This document shows, piece by piece, positions 32,295 to 41,569 of a DNA stretch of 64,000 nt. The notes below the pieces were generated by a model, which was not told the DNA's origin, searched no databases, and saw nothing but the letters and a program-made list of their open reading frames with translations. This DNA comes from a virus (Duplodnaviria; Caudoviricetes). The position numbers and the translations under genes are program-made. The DNA is taken from positions 32,001-96,000 of IMG/VR virus record IMGVR_UViG_3300021256_000057. One strand, written 5' to 3'. Position 1 is the first letter of the stretch; each line of letters starts with the position of its first letter.

Positions 32295-32732
32295 TCACCG
32301 TTCGTCTTCGATATAGTTCTCCAAGAACAGATGATTGTCAAACACAGAAGTCCAAGTCTTTCTTGACTTTGCGTTCTTCTTTGTTATCTCGATCATCTGC
32401 CCATTCAAAAACTGCAAGAATACTGTGCTTGCTCTGTTCGTAGAGTAAAATGCTTGCTCACCATCTGGAAACTCAATGGCGTACCATGTGTCGTTATAGT
32501 TCACCTTGTCAGCCATATAATTGATAAGCTGAAATCTGAGGTCAAGAGGATCTGCAAGTCCAGCTTGAAGGTCTATCGGCACTTGAATAAAATCAATGCT
32601 ATCAAGCATCTCCTTGATCTCTTGCTTCAGCTCTGTATCTGATTTACGCTTAGAATTATAGTCGAACTCGACACTCTCATCCGGCTCAAGGTCAGAAGCA
32701 CTGTATTCAGTTGATCGAATATATCTCTTCAT
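32295..32732 (-). CDS. Leader-bearing protein (MKRYIRST)
   Basis: Conserved leader; GGGGTG RBS. Confidence 0.75.
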   Translation of the reverse strand: MKRYIRSTEYSASDLEPDESVEFDYNSKRKSDTELKQEIKEMLDSIDFIQVPIDLQAGLADPLDLRFQLINYMADKVNYNDTWYAIEFPDGEQAFYSTNRASTVFLQFLNGQMIEITKKNAKSRKTWTSVFDNHLFLENYIEDER

Positions 32733-32749
32733 TCATATCACCCCATGGA

Positions 32750-33595
32750 TTATATCTGCTTCAAACCCATCTCTGCAAGCGTAAGATTGCCACCTTGTCT
32801 TTCTGGTGCATTACCGCCAAGGATTCTTTCTACATCATAATCATCCAATAGCTTTGTGACACGGATAGCTCCGGTGATTACCCACGGAACTGTGTCAGGG
32901 TTTGGATTTGTACGATACTTGTAATAACCATTCTTAGGTAGTTTTGGAAGTCCTGCTAAAGAGTGCTGATACTTATCAGAGCGATATGTTGAACCATCTG
33001 GGTTTGTTCTCATGTACCCCTGTTCATCCGCCTCCGCCTGATAGTCAACATCCATCACATACTCGCATTCTGCCCAGATAAAGTCATAAGGGAAATATGG
33101 TGCATTATCATTTACGACCTGCACATACTCATTAAGGTCTTTAATATAAAAGACTTTTCCAATGTTTGCCGTCTTTGCATAGCTCTTAATGAATGTGTTA
33201 TAAGTACCAACCTCTTTTGCGATCTCGGTGCTATCATCAACCTCTACAAAGTCCCAACCAAATGACCGATCAAACTGTTTCGCCCTTGGAACATCACCCA
33301 AATGCCAGCCAGGTCTATAAGCAAGATCACCGCCACCAGTAGATTTTACTTTCTTACGCCCTGTCTTCGATAGACCTGCAAACTCTCCCTCTTCTGCATC
33401 AAGCCAAACGCCAACTGGAGTATCCTGACCACCAGGATTTGCAACCATAGGTGGATACAGTTTCCCATTCTTCACACGAAATACTTTATATGCAGTACCC
33501 TTTATGGAATTTGAATAGTCGTTTTCTGACACTTTAGAGAAGATATCATCAGATGCAAACAAACTCCGATATCTTGGTCTAATAAAACGTACCAT
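32750..33595 (-). CDS. Leader-bearing protein with AYKVF/LAYRPGWH/WAECE domain
   Basis: MVRFIRPRYRSLFAS leader; conserved-looking enzymatic motifs. Confidence 0.75.
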   Translation of the reverse strand: MVRFIRPRYRSLFASDDIFSKVSENDYSNSIKGTAYKVFRVKNGKLYPPMVANPGGQDTPVGVWLDAEEGEFAGLSKTGRKKVKSTGGGDLAYRPGWHLGDVPRAKQFDRSFGWDFVEVDDSTEIAKEVGTYNTFIKSYAKTANIGKVFYIKDLNEYVQVVNDNAPYFPYDFIWAECEYVMDVDYQAEADEQGYMRTNPDGSTYRSDKYQHSLAGLPKLPKNGYYKYRTNPNPDTVPWVITGAIRVTKLLDDYDVERILGGNAPERQGGNLTLAEMGLKQI

Positions 33596-33744
33596 AGAAT
33601 GTCACCTCAAATATAAAAGTGTTAGCTACAATGCGCTACACCCATATATAAGGTTAGAGTATCTACGATATATAACGATTTTAGGTATCAAAGAAAAGCA
33701 GCAAGCCCACAATAGAGCTTGCTACTAATGCCAATGAGAAATCA

Positions 33745-35559
33745 TCAACCACCTATCAGAAAATCAAACAGTTCTGGATGCTTCTTAATATCCAGAGAAT
33801 CATCTACCATGTAATCGGAGATTGCCTGCTTATCTGTCAGTATCTTGTAAACTGCTTCATCGATCGTGTCTTTTGTGATAAGCGTATACACGTTCACAGG
33901 TTTACTCTGTCCGATGCGGACAAGTCTATCCTCTGCTTGGATACGAGCTGCATTTTGCCATGGGATGTCATATAGAACACAGTTATTTGCAACAGTAAGT
34001 GTATGATTTACGCCAAGAGCGCCGATAGTACCGAGCATGACCTTGTACTCTGGGTTATTGATGAACACCCTCTTATGCTTCTGGCGCTCTTCCTCTGTCA
34101 TTGTACCAGTATAGCAAGCAGTCTTGTGCCTTTTGGATACATACTTGTATACTGTTCTAAGTGGCTCGACCCAGTTGGAGAACACAACTATCTTCTCGCC
34201 ACGTTCAACTGCATCGTCAATGATCTCTAGGAGTCTTGTAAGTTTTGCGTTCATGGATAAATAGTGCGGGTCATCGACTTTTATCTTGTCGTTGACCAGC
34301 TCCGGGCTACCATTGACCTGCCGGAGACGGAGCATCTGGGCTAGAGGATTCATTGAAGATAGAATCTTTGACTTATCTACCATGATACCTTGCTTGACCT
34401 TCTGGTATAGATCCATCTGCACAGGGGTATTCTCAACATACTCTGTATAATAGATCTTTGGAGGTAGATCCTTGAGGACATCAGTCTTTAGTCTACGGAG
34501 CATATGGTCATGAAGAAGCTCCTTGAGATATGGAATGTTTTTATATCCTACTACTTCATGATCGTCATATCCGCCAAACATACAGAACGACTGGCACCAT
34601 GCCCAATAGCTCTTTACAGAGTGTCCATCTACCAGTTTTAATGGTGTATATACATCGGTAGGCCGATTGACGATAGGTGTTCCTGTCATCGGGATCCACT
34701 CTGCATTTTTGTTCGTTCGCTTCTTGATATCCAAAATGATTTTACCCTGCGTGGATTTTGGGGATGCATTTTTATGGATCTCATCTATTGCTATCATACT
34801 GATCTCACCAGAGTTTATCATCTCAACGATCCTATCGGCGAGAACATATTTTCTACCTGACTTTGTGCGGAGTGCTTCAATATTTGTAATGATAAAATAC
34901 GGCAGTTCCGGCTCGTTTATATTACCATACATGTGGCAGGTTACAAGGTCTTGAAGTTTCTTATCGCCACTTGTGCTATAGTTGTATCCGCCGGTTCTTC
35001 TTGGTCTTGACCCTAAAATATATGCGATCTCGGTCCCGTTTGTGTGGGTCTCAATATCCTCTTTCCAAGAAAATTTTGCAGAGTTGACACAGCAGATGAT
35101 GAGACAATGCTTGCACCCATTCACTTTACGCCGATAAAGCGCGTAGTTCATGACTTCAAGCGTCTTGCCACACCCCATGTCATCTGCAAGGATGAAGCCC
35201 TTACCAAGTTTAGATTTGCTGTATTTAAGGAAATCAAGCTGATGCGGATATAGTGCAGCTCCATCTTTTACATACTGATCCATATCAGAGATATCAATGT
35301 CTGGGATAGCATCTAGTTTCGTAGCACCTAAAGTAGAGTTCTCATTCAACCTCTCACCAGAGTTTATCTGCACCTGGGTCTCATATGGTGTATCTTTTAT
35401 CGTATTAAGGAACCAACCAAGATGCTCCTTTGGGATAGTCCATATCTTTTTATCGACATTCCATTGTCTGCCGGGAACGTCTCGAAGCATATTGATCAAG
35501 GCTCTATCATATTTGAACCTGATCTCATAAACAGGACCATTTTCAATTACACTTATCAT
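33745..35559 (-). CDS. SNF2-family helicase
   Basis: LADDMGCGKT, IDEIH, MTGTPIVN, QAEDRLVRIGQ; N-terminal HARP-like domain. Confidence 0.92.
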   Translation of the reverse strand: MISVIENGPVYEIRFKYDRALINMLRDVPGRQWNVDKKIWTIPKEHLGWFLNTIKDTPYETQVQINSGERLNENSTLGATKLDAIPDIDISDMDQYVKDGAALYPHQLDFLKYSKSKLGKGFILADDMGCGKTLEVMNYALYRRKVNGCKHCLIICCVNSAKFSWKEDIETHTNGTEIAYILGSRPRRTGGYNYSTSGDKKLQDLVTCHMYGNINEPELPYFIITNIEALRTKSGRKYVLADRIVEMINSGEISMIAIDEIHKNASPKSTQGKIILDIKKRTNKNAEWIPMTGTPIVNRPTDVYTPLKLVDGHSVKSYWAWCQSFCMFGGYDDHEVVGYKNIPYLKELLHDHMLRRLKTDVLKDLPPKIYYTEYVENTPVQMDLYQKVKQGIMVDKSKILSSMNPLAQMLRLRQVNGSPELVNDKIKVDDPHYLSMNAKLTRLLEIIDDAVERGEKIVVFSNWVEPLRTVYKYVSKRHKTACYTGTMTEEERQKHKRVFINNPEYKVMLGTIGALGVNHTLTVANNCVLYDIPWQNAARIQAEDRLVRIGQSKPVNVYTLITKDTIDEAVYKILTDKQAISDYMVDDSLDIKKHPELFDFLIGG

Positions 35560-35573
35560 AAAATCACCACCTA

Positions 35574-35795
35574 TCAAAACAACTGATTTCTTTTGTTTTT
35601 AGTTTTTGGAGCTGGCCTTTTACCATCCACGATAGATGATACCTCAGACTTACTTGCTTTAACAGACTTGCCATCGACCTTGAGCTTATGTCCAGTCTCT
35701 TCAAGATACTTCAAATCATTTGTACTAGGGATACACTCTTTGTACTCTGTGTGGAACACAATGCGACCATCCCGATCAAAAACTTCAAATTTCAC
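35574..35795 (-). CDS. Small hypothetical protein
   Basis: GAGGTG RBS before GTG 35795. Confidence 0.6.
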   Translation of the reverse strand: MKFEVFDRDGRIVFHTEYKECIPSTNDLKYLEETGHKLKVDGKSVKASKSEVSSIVDGKRPAPKTKNKRNQLF

Positions 35796-35882
35796 ATAGA
35801 TCACCTCTATCATATATAACGAATTTGAACACAAAAGAAACTGCCCATCCTATGTGGACGGGCAGTCTATGGATGTGATAGG

Positions 35883-37025
35883 TTACTTCAAAAGTTTGTT
35901 TACATAGCTCTGTACCGCGGTATAACTATACCCAGCCGCTTCTAGTTTCTTCTTTCTAGCTGTGCCAGACCCCCACTTACCAGCGATAACTTCCTTTGCA
36001 ATCTGTTCAACAGTCTTTTTGTATAGGGATAGACCTGGCACAGACTTTCCTGCAAGAATTGCATTGACAGCAAGCTGTACGTTCTGTGCATTATAGCCAG
36101 CTTGTGTCAACCTCTGTACTCGTGTAGCTCCGACACCGTACTTACCAGTAATGACATCCCTAGCAACACTTTCAAGAGTATCTGCCTTTGGTGTCTCCAC
36201 ATTGGGAGCTGTCAATGCAAGAGATGGGACAGGTTTGCCTGCAAGGAGTGCATTTACAGCAGATTGCACATTTGCTACATTGTAACCAGCACTCTTAAGT
36301 GCTGTAGTCCGTGCAGCTCCATTGCCGTACTTACCAGCGATAACATCCTTAGCCACGCTCTCAAGAGTAGGCGTAGTGCTGATAGGCTTTTCCTCAATAG
36401 GTTCTGTCGATGTATTAACAGGCACAGCTACTGTGCTATAGTCCTTATAGCAGTAATTACAGTCAACATCTCCTGTGATGCCATCTATCTTGCCTTTCCA
36501 TGAATATTGCCAAATCGCGTATGGCTTCTTATATGATGTCTTTTTTACATTAACATGTGCAAGCCATACATCATAATTTGTAAGAAGGTCATCTGTAAAG
36601 CAAGTATTGAGTGCTGACAGCATACTATAGATACCTACCTTGAACCCAGCAGCCTCTAGTTCATCAAGAAATGCCTTTGTGATCGCAGATACCTTTGTCT
36701 TACCGAGTGCAAGTACGCTCTTCTCTTCCACATCATAGAACACAGGATAATCAATGTCAAGACCCTTCAAGATCTTGATACATACCTTAGCCTCTGCTCT
36801 CGCACCATCTACTGTCTTGGCATAGTTATAATAATAGATACCGACTGGAATGTTATTAGCTTTGCATCCCTTGTAGTTTGCATCAAACTTTGTATCCTTC
36901 TGAGAGATAGCACTGCCATAACCAGCTCGAAGCATTGCAAAGTCTACTTTCTTTGCAACTTTCGTCCAATTGATATTTCCCTGCCATTTTGATACATCAA
37001 TGCCGAATTTAATCTGTGTAGCCAT
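35883..37025 (-). CDS. Endolysin: GH25 muramidase with three CW_7 repeats
   Basis: GIDVSKWQG, YDVE, WQYS..G..VD; three VA.DVI.GKYG.G..R...L..AGY....VQ..VN repeats. Confidence 0.93.
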   Translation of the reverse strand: MATQIKFGIDVSKWQGNINWTKVAKKVDFAMLRAGYGSAISQKDTKFDANYKGCKANNIPVGIYYYNYAKTVDGARAEAKVCIKILKGLDIDYPVFYDVEEKSVLALGKTKVSAITKAFLDELEAAGFKVGIYSMLSALNTCFTDDLLTNYDVWLAHVNVKKTSYKKPYAIWQYSWKGKIDGITGDVDCNYCYKDYSTVAVPVNTSTEPIEEKPISTTPTLESVAKDVIAGKYGNGAARTTALKSAGYNVANVQSAVNALLAGKPVPSLALTAPNVETPKADTLESVARDVITGKYGVGATRVQRLTQAGYNAQNVQLAVNAILAGKSVPGLSLYKKTVEQIAKEVIAGKWGSGTARKKKLEAAGYSYTAVQSYVNKLLK

Positions 37026-37176
37026 ACCAATCCTTCAGCTCCTTTACTTTCTCTTCACTATCATCAATTAGAGCCTGCACATCCTCTTCCGAAACATCCT
37101 CGTTTTGTGAGATAGCACGAATTGAATAGCCGAATACATATGCTTTCAGTATCTCATTTTTCTTCTCGTCTGTCAT
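37009..37176 (-). CDS. Small protein upstream of the endolysin (55 aa)
   Basis: MTDEKKNEILKAYVFG... translated manually; AGGAG RBS. Confidence 0.6.
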   Translation of the reverse strand: MTDEKKNEILKAYVFGYSIRAISQNEDVSEEDVQALIDDSEEKVKELKDWYGYTD

Positions 37177-37291
37177 TGTAGGTCAGCTCCTATCTACTTT
37201 ATTCGTAACCATATGTATTATGGTCATTATTATATAAGGTTAAAAAAAATATGCCGCACCGGTGTTGCCCGGTGCGGTCAATAATTCATAA

Positions 37292-37528
37292 TTATACGTT
37301 GTTATCGTTACCGATCAATGTATATACAAATATATTACAATCATGGTTCACTTCATCCAGTATTCTTAGTATTTCATCTATTGTCGCTCCAGATGTATTG
37401 ATGTCATCAACTACTAGGATGTTTGATCCCTGCATCTTGGAAAACCGCTCGATGTCCTTGTCTGACAAGTGGAGGAAGTTCTTAATATATTTCCTATACT
37501 TTGGCTTTACATTGTGCGCTAGTGAAAA
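37292..37528 (-). pseudogene. C-terminal fragment of a phosphoribosyltransferase disrupted by the IS
   Basis: Manual translation FSLAHNVK...NILVVDDINTSGATIDE...V* contains the PRPP-binding motif; begins exactly at the IS right end. Confidence 0.8.
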
Positions 37529-37700
37529 TTGGCACTCCCCATTCCTAAAGGCAGGGGATTCTTGCTACCTGCGGTTACATAGCAACTGAACAGTCCATTT
37601 CTGGTAGTTCGTAGTGCAAGATACGGCTGTGCCATCAGCCTTCCTGAGACAGGACATATAGTCTCTCAGGCAGTATGTCTGATATCGCTATCTCCAACAT
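37529..37700 (-). ncRNA. TnpB reRNA/omegaRNA scaffold (guide continues into 37528-37509)
   Basis: Region between the tnpB 3' end and the right-end hairpin; known IS605 architecture. Confidence 0.65.
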
Positions 37701-38808
37701 ACTTAGTGGAATTACAAATATTCCACGCTCCTAATATGTCTCTATGTGTATGGAATCCACACTTACAAGAATAACTTCTGTCTTTAGCATGATGTATATC
37801 TCCACAGACAGGGCACGTTTGACTTGTATAGGCAGGATCAACATAGAGCACTTCAATACCTGCAAGTTTGGCTTTGTACTCAATAAATTTTGCGAGACGA
37901 TAAAAACTCCAGCTATGAAGTGAACGATTGTTTTTACGACTTGTTCTTGTCGTAGAGCGAATGTTAGACAACTGCTCTAATTTTATAGTTTTAACGTTAT
38001 GGGCTACAGCAGTATCAATGATACAACGACTTAATTTATGGTCGATGTCTTTCATGATACGCTGTTCTTTGTTGTTGATATGCTTTACTGCACTCAGATG
38101 TTTGGCTTTCTGCAAGGATTTACGCTTTACAGCAAAATGTCTCCGCATAGCTTTGTTCTTACGACCGTTGCCGTAAAACTTAACGCTTCCATCTGAGCAC
38201 TTGCTTACAGCAGGGCATTTAATACCGAGGTCAACACCCATATCATTTCCTTTTTCTGGAGATAGAGGCTCTTCAGCTTCATAAACAATCTGTGCAACAA
38301 TATGATTGTTTTTCAGAATGATTCGCATTGTTCCAAGTTTATGTGACGATAATAGAGCCTTCTGATTATCTGTCATTCTTGTGTGAATAGAAAGTCTTTT
38401 AGATTTACTGTTTACCATAATAGGAAACTCGATGTTTGTACCATTTATCCTGTAGTTCTGGTTGTTTACATAACAACACGGCTTTTTCAGAACAGGAAGA
38501 GTTGCGACGGCATCAGCTTTCTTGCCTTGTTTGATAAGAAATGCATTCTTACGTCCAGCTTTACGACAATCCTTATTGTACTTCCTGAAAACAGACTTTG
38601 CATCACGAATGCACTGGTTTGTGAGAGCAGACGGCAAATTGGCGTTGATACTCTTTGTTGTGAGTTTTGCAATAGACGCACCGTTTACAGCATCGGAAAC
38701 AATACCATTAACTGTAGAAATATACACATCCATAGTATCTCTGACAAGCGCATATTCGGTTTTAGTCATATACAGCTTAACTGTTTCTGATAATTGCATA
38801 AAGCTCAC
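37666..38808 (-). CDS. tnpB: RNA-guided nuclease TnpB
   Basis: RuvC D (GVDLG), E (KLEQL), D (HRDILGA) all present; zinc finger CPVC..CKCG. Confidence 0.93.
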   Translation of the reverse strand: MSFMQLSETVKLYMTKTEYALVRDTMDVYISTVNGIVSDAVNGASIAKLTTKSINANLPSALTNQCIRDAKSVFRKYNKDCRKAGRKNAFLIKQGKKADAVATLPVLKKPCCYVNNQNYRINGTNIEFPIMVNSKSKRLSIHTRMTDNQKALLSSHKLGTMRIILKNNHIVAQIVYEAEEPLSPEKGNDMGVDLGIKCPAVSKCSDGSVKFYGNGRKNKAMRRHFAVKRKSLQKAKHLSAVKHINNKEQRIMKDIDHKLSRCIIDTAVAHNVKTIKLEQLSNIRSTTRTSRKNNRSLHSWSFYRLAKFIEYKAKLAGIEVLYVDPAYTSQTCPVCGDIHHAKDRSYSCKCGFHTHRDILGAWNICNSTKYVGDSDIRHTA

Positions 38809-39039
38809 CTACACATTCTTTTGATTCTGAATGTATTGTTTGATTGCCGAAAGCGGAGCACCCCCAACTGTAGAAACAAAATAACTGTTTGTCCATAGAC
38901 TCGGCAACCTCGATTTAAGCCAAGGAAATTCATTCCGCAATATACGGGATGAATAGCCTTTGATTTGTTTGACAGCCTTATGAATTCCAAACTGCGGGTC
39001 CACATCCATCCTAACTCCACCTGTTATTAGTCTTTTCAT
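38809..39039 (-). pseudogene. tnpA: Chimeric ORF: phage leader MKRLITGG fused to the C-terminal half of Y1 TnpA
   Basis: IKGYSSRILR, LWTNSYFVSTVG, YIQNQ present; HUH motif absent. Confidence 0.8.
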
Positions 39040-39055
39040 GAGCTGATCACTCTGA

Positions 39056-39694
39056 TTACAGATCTCCGTAAAGATCTTTGAAATCTCTGATAGCTAGAAC
39101 TCTCCCAGAAGACGAATTTACATCATACCACTTGGTCTCTGTCATCTCTGTAGAAGACAGAACAAAGTCCTTACCGTGGATGTTCGTAAAGTATTCCTCG
39201 GCATCCTGCACAGTTGCATTGTCGAACTTCATATCAACATTTCCATTCTTATCGTAGTATTCACCGATGATATTGATAGGCTTATCGACAAGAGGTTGAC
39301 CATTCTTTGACCTCTCTGGCATAGGTGTAGTGACCAAAACAGCATCCTGCTCGTACTTCTTGCACCAGGATACCATCAGCTTAATGAAGTCCCTAGGTGC
39401 AAATCTATTATTGATCACGCAGAATGTGTCCTCAGAAACTCGGACCTCATCATCAGTATCCTTGTTCTCTATAAAGCCACCAGATGCTTTGATGAACGTT
39501 AGACCAGAAGCCCTAATGTCCGCCTCTAGTTGCTTGTTACGTCTACGTTTCTCGTTCGTACTTAGTTTCTCACCATCGGAGCTGTACTCTCTAAATGCCG
39601 TAATGAAACCACACTGCTCTTTGTTCATATGCGATATTGCACGATTGAAACTCGATGCATAAATTCCCTCTGAAGACTTGATATATCTTTTCAT
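39056..39694 (-). CDS. Leader-bearing DUF3293-like protein (MKRYIKSS)
   Basis: GFITAFR...RN..L..DI...G.F.E...E..F...KKYEQDAVL pattern. Confidence 0.65.
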   Translation of the reverse strand: MKRYIKSSEGIYASSFNRAISHMNKEQCGFITAFREYSSDGEKLSTNEKRRRNKQLEADIRASGLTFIKASGGFIENKDTDDEVRVSEDTFCVINNRFAPRDFIKLMVSWCKKYEQDAVLVTTPMPERSKNGQPLVDKPINIIGEYYDKNGNVDMKFDNATVQDAEEYFTNIHGKDFVLSSTEMTETKWYDVNSSSGRVLAIRDFKDLYGDL

Positions 39695-39734
39695 AGAAGA
39701 TCACTCCTTTGTGGTTACTGGTGTCTACACTATT

Positions 39735-39763
39735 ATTATAGCATATATCAAATGAGTTGTCAA
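39735..39763 (-). promoter_or_regulatory. Sigma-A type promoter with inverted repeat across the -35
   Basis: TTGACA-17-TATAAT (minus); tcaaatga/tcatttga IR at 39748-39776. Confidence 0.75.
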
Positions 39764-39784
39764 TAGTATCATTTGACATTTTAG

Positions 39785-40657
39785 TTATAAATGCATGTAC
39801 GGAACTTCGTATCCATCTGCTTTATGCTTAATGTCTAGCAGTGTTGCAGACAGCTCTACACGCTTTAGCTCTGATGCCAAGTGAATCAGATCGTCAATGT
39901 TATCGCAAATGTATCTAATTGCGTCAGAATTATTATCTTTTGCAGCGTAAACAAGCAGATCTAACACGATCGGTTGTTTTGTTTGAACGAACTCCTCTAT
40001 TATTGTGATGTCTTTAGTTGTCATATAATCGTAGATGTATTCAAAATATGGGGATTTTAATGCAGTCTTTGTCGAGTTCCCGCTAAAGAAAAAAGTAGTT
40101 CCATTGATGGATATTGATCTAAGATTTGTACTTTCTACATCAAATGCATTTTTATGCACGACCGTAGAGGTGCTATCCAGTACGACCTGCTCTACATTAG
40201 AGCAATCACAAAATGCGTTACATCCAACAGCCTCTATTGAACAAGGAATGTGTATATATTTTAGCGAACGACACCCACTAAACGCTCGGTCGTTAATTTC
40301 CTTCAACGATTTTGGAAACTGTATTGATGGCAAAGCACTACACGCATAAAAAGCGTATTCTCCGATAGTTGTGAGATTTTTTGGCAAATTCACGTTTTCT
40401 AGCTTAAACAATTGTGCAAATGCCTGCGTCTCTATTGTTGTGACTGAATCTGGAATACAAACACTCGTAACATTATGATTATACTTAAACGCAGCAGTAC
40501 CGATCGCTTTTACTACGTTCGGTATCTTTACATTTACTGACTGAATGCCTAGGGTTTCTTCAAATCTAGTAAGAATGTCTTTGTATATGTGAAATACGCC
40601 GGTCTCATCTATGATGTCTTTACTATATCTATTGATCTGCCTTTCTTTAATAATCAT
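39785..40657 (-). CDS. BspA-type leucine-rich-repeat (LRR_5) protein
   Basis: Repeats IP.SV..I...AF..C..L. Confidence 0.9.
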   Translation of the reverse strand: MIIKERQINRYSKDIIDETGVFHIYKDILTRFEETLGIQSVNVKIPNVVKAIGTAAFKYNHNVTSVCIPDSVTTIETQAFAQLFKLENVNLPKNLTTIGEYAFYACSALPSIQFPKSLKEINDRAFSGCRSLKYIHIPCSIEAVGCNAFCDCSNVEQVVLDSTSTVVHKNAFDVESTNLRSISINGTTFFFSGNSTKTALKSPYFEYIYDYMTTKDITIIEEFVQTKQPIVLDLLVYAAKDNNSDAIRYICDNIDDLIHLASELKRVELSATLLDIKHKADGYEVPYMHL

Positions 40658-40669
40658 GAGAATCTCCAA

Positions 40670-41545
40670 TCAAAGCCACATAGATCTATTTTGGTACATG
40701 GTGCTACCGCAAGTATTCAAAATCTCTGCGGCAACGTCGGTTCTACCATAATCTGATGCAAATTCAAGTAGCTTATCTGCATTTTGAATGATATCCTGCT
40801 TTACATCATTATCTTTCTTTGAGATTTGTACCACTAGGTCGAGTGCAAAGGAAAATCCATTCTGTAGCAGGAAGAGGATTTGACTGTAGTCGTGACAACA
40901 TAGGAATGCCATACAGCGCTTGATAGCTTCTGTGAATCCAATAGTTCCTTCTGTATACGATACATTTAACGTAATGCTTGGGAATTCTATGACTTTGACA
41001 GAGCTACAACCATCGAATACGCCATGATCCATACTTATGTTGTCAGATTTGAACTCTATTGTTTCTAAGCCAGTACAATTACAAAATGCATGAGAATCAA
41101 TTGTTATTATACCACTTGGCAACACTAGGTTTTTTAGGGACATACACGCAAGAAACGCATATTTACCAATTTTCCAAAGAGTGTCAGGTAACTGCACATT
41201 TACAAGTCTTTCACAACAAGAAAATGCATGTGGTTCTATTCGTTCAAGGTTTTCAGATATCTTAACTTCCTCAAGATTGTGACACCTCTCAAACGCCTCT
41301 TCCTCGATTACACGCACAGTGTTAGGCAATATAATTCCACGAATCTTGCTGCAGTCAAGAAACGCAAACTGATGGATGATCTCAACACCATTTGGGATGG
41401 TGTAAGTGGCAACCTCTTTAGAATAAGAGGCCTCTTCAAAGTATCTCCAAAAAATGTTACCAATGCAATGCCCTGTACCATGGTCGCTGACAAAAGCAAC
41501 CGTAGGACCGTGGTCAGTAATCATAGGACCATGACAAGCAATCAT
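40670..41545 (-). CDS. BspA-type LRR_5 protein
   Basis: LRR_5 repeats; C-terminal domain similar to both neighbours. Confidence 0.9.
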   Translation of the reverse strand: MIACHGPMITDHGPTVAFVSDHGTGHCIGNIFWRYFEEASYSKEVATYTIPNGVEIIHQFAFLDCSKIRGIILPNTVRVIEEEAFERCHNLEEVKISENLERIEPHAFSCCERLVNVQLPDTLWKIGKYAFLACMSLKNLVLPSGIITIDSHAFCNCTGLETIEFKSDNISMDHGVFDGCSSVKVIEFPSITLNVSYTEGTIGFTEAIKRCMAFLCCHDYSQILFLLQNGFSFALDLVVQISKKDNDVKQDIIQNADKLLEFASDYGRTDVAAEILNTCGSTMYQNRSMWL

Positions 41546-41569
41546 GCCATCTCACCCCCGGCAATAGTA

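Larger units (their letters stand above)
37529..39008 (-). mobile_element. Left-truncated IS200/IS605-family element (tnpA remnant, tnpB, right end)
   Basis: Right-end hairpin GAATCCCCTGCCTTTAGGAATGGGGAGTGCCAA ending at 37529; left end and the TnpA HUH half are missing. Confidence 0.88.

Noticed and set aside
37251-37589. 112-aa plus-strand ORF
   Set aside because: Antisense to the PRTase remnant and the IS right end
37529-39039. IStron (group I intron-IS chimera) restoring the PRTase
   Set aside because: Element ends in GCCAA rather than a terminal G, no intron core is visible, and the 5' exon is mostly deleted
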